A stretch of DNA of 51,643 bases, counting the filler, from Porpidia crustulata (lineage: Eukaryota): assembly GCA_964255105.1 (NCBI GenBank). It is 3 parts of 3 records of this genome, joined end to end, with 100 filler letters (N's around TTAATTAATTAA, not from the genome) between each part and the next. Parts side by side here need not be neighbours in the genome. Positions count along the whole stretch, not along the records: positions 34,563 to 51,643 come from CAXUWE010000230.1; 2 more parts are not named here. One strand, 5' to 3'. The notes under the pieces are model-generated. The model searched no databases. It was not told the origin of the DNA and saw only the letters and a program-made list of their open reading frames with translations. Made by a program: the position numbers and the translations under genes. Below, piece after piece: positions 51,054 to 51,643 of the stretch. Every line of letters starts with the position of its first letter. Position 1 is the stretch's first letter.

Positions 51054-51643
51054 AAAGGCCTTCAATCCTAGCGCATCGGTCACGATCCCCCCCTTTCCAT
51101 TCTAAACTCCGGCCTGCGACACTTCTCCACCCCATCCTCCGCAGTCCCGCTGCACATCTTCCACCCTCTCTAGCATCTTATAATCATGGACATGGCGCGT
51201 TGATACCTTTTGTTCGGCGTTGGCGCGTTTCGCTCCGGATGTTTTCCCAATCCGCGATGGGTAAACGATTGAGGCTGAGTTGGGGAGGGACAATGGGGAG
51301 CGGGGGGTTGGAGCGGGGGAAATAAACAGGGTCGTCATATCAGCGATCGATAGCAAGCGCGGAATAGCCGTTAGTTTTCTTTCTTTTCGGGATACCAGTC
51401 AAGGAGAGCTGCGGGATTGCAGGTGGATGGTATCTACTTGCTCACGCGTATAAAGCAGCAGAGATATGCTCGTTTATCCGCTAGCTGCTTGCTGTGATGT
51501 CCACATGCTCTCGCCGGGGAATCTAGCACGCTATGGTTGCGGTTTGACCAGATAGCGAATTCGTCAATATCACCTTTGTTCCGTGTGTTTTAACCGCGAC
51601 TACCAGGAAGGGTTGATGATTCTCCTACAAACCCCCATCAAAC

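Overview
Filamentous ascomycete (Pezizomycotina) nuclear DNA with short spliceosomal introns. The window is three contigs (1-17190, 17291-34462, 34563-51643) joined by artificial N44-TTAATTAATTAA-N44 spacers, so adjacency across the spacers is not evidence of linkage. Contig 1: a decayed pogo-like transposon end, an FAD phenol 2-monooxygenase, a many-intron Yvc1/TRP-like cation channel, a C2H2 transcription factor and about 7 kb with no clear gene. Contig 2: a HAD fragment, a stop-interrupted CorA-like gene, two small inverted-repeat elements, an apparently decaying secondary-metabolite locus (intact A-T-R NRPS-like reductase, rhodopsin/PTH11-like membrane protein, UbiA prenyltransferase pseudogene, internally deleted P450) and NUC1. 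Contig 3: a stop-interrupted APH-like kinase, a small Cys/His-rich gene, two more MITE-like elements, then GID7, VMA1 and VPS1. Most notable: a family of ~100-130 bp TA-flanked inverted-repeat elements carrying the telomeric hexamer (TAACCC)2 on all three contigs; the CAR/UbiA/P450 locus; two long genes broken only by in-frame stops; a structured intron that can pair with its own 5' splice site; and a possible CUG start in GID7. All calls are from reading by eye, without database searches.
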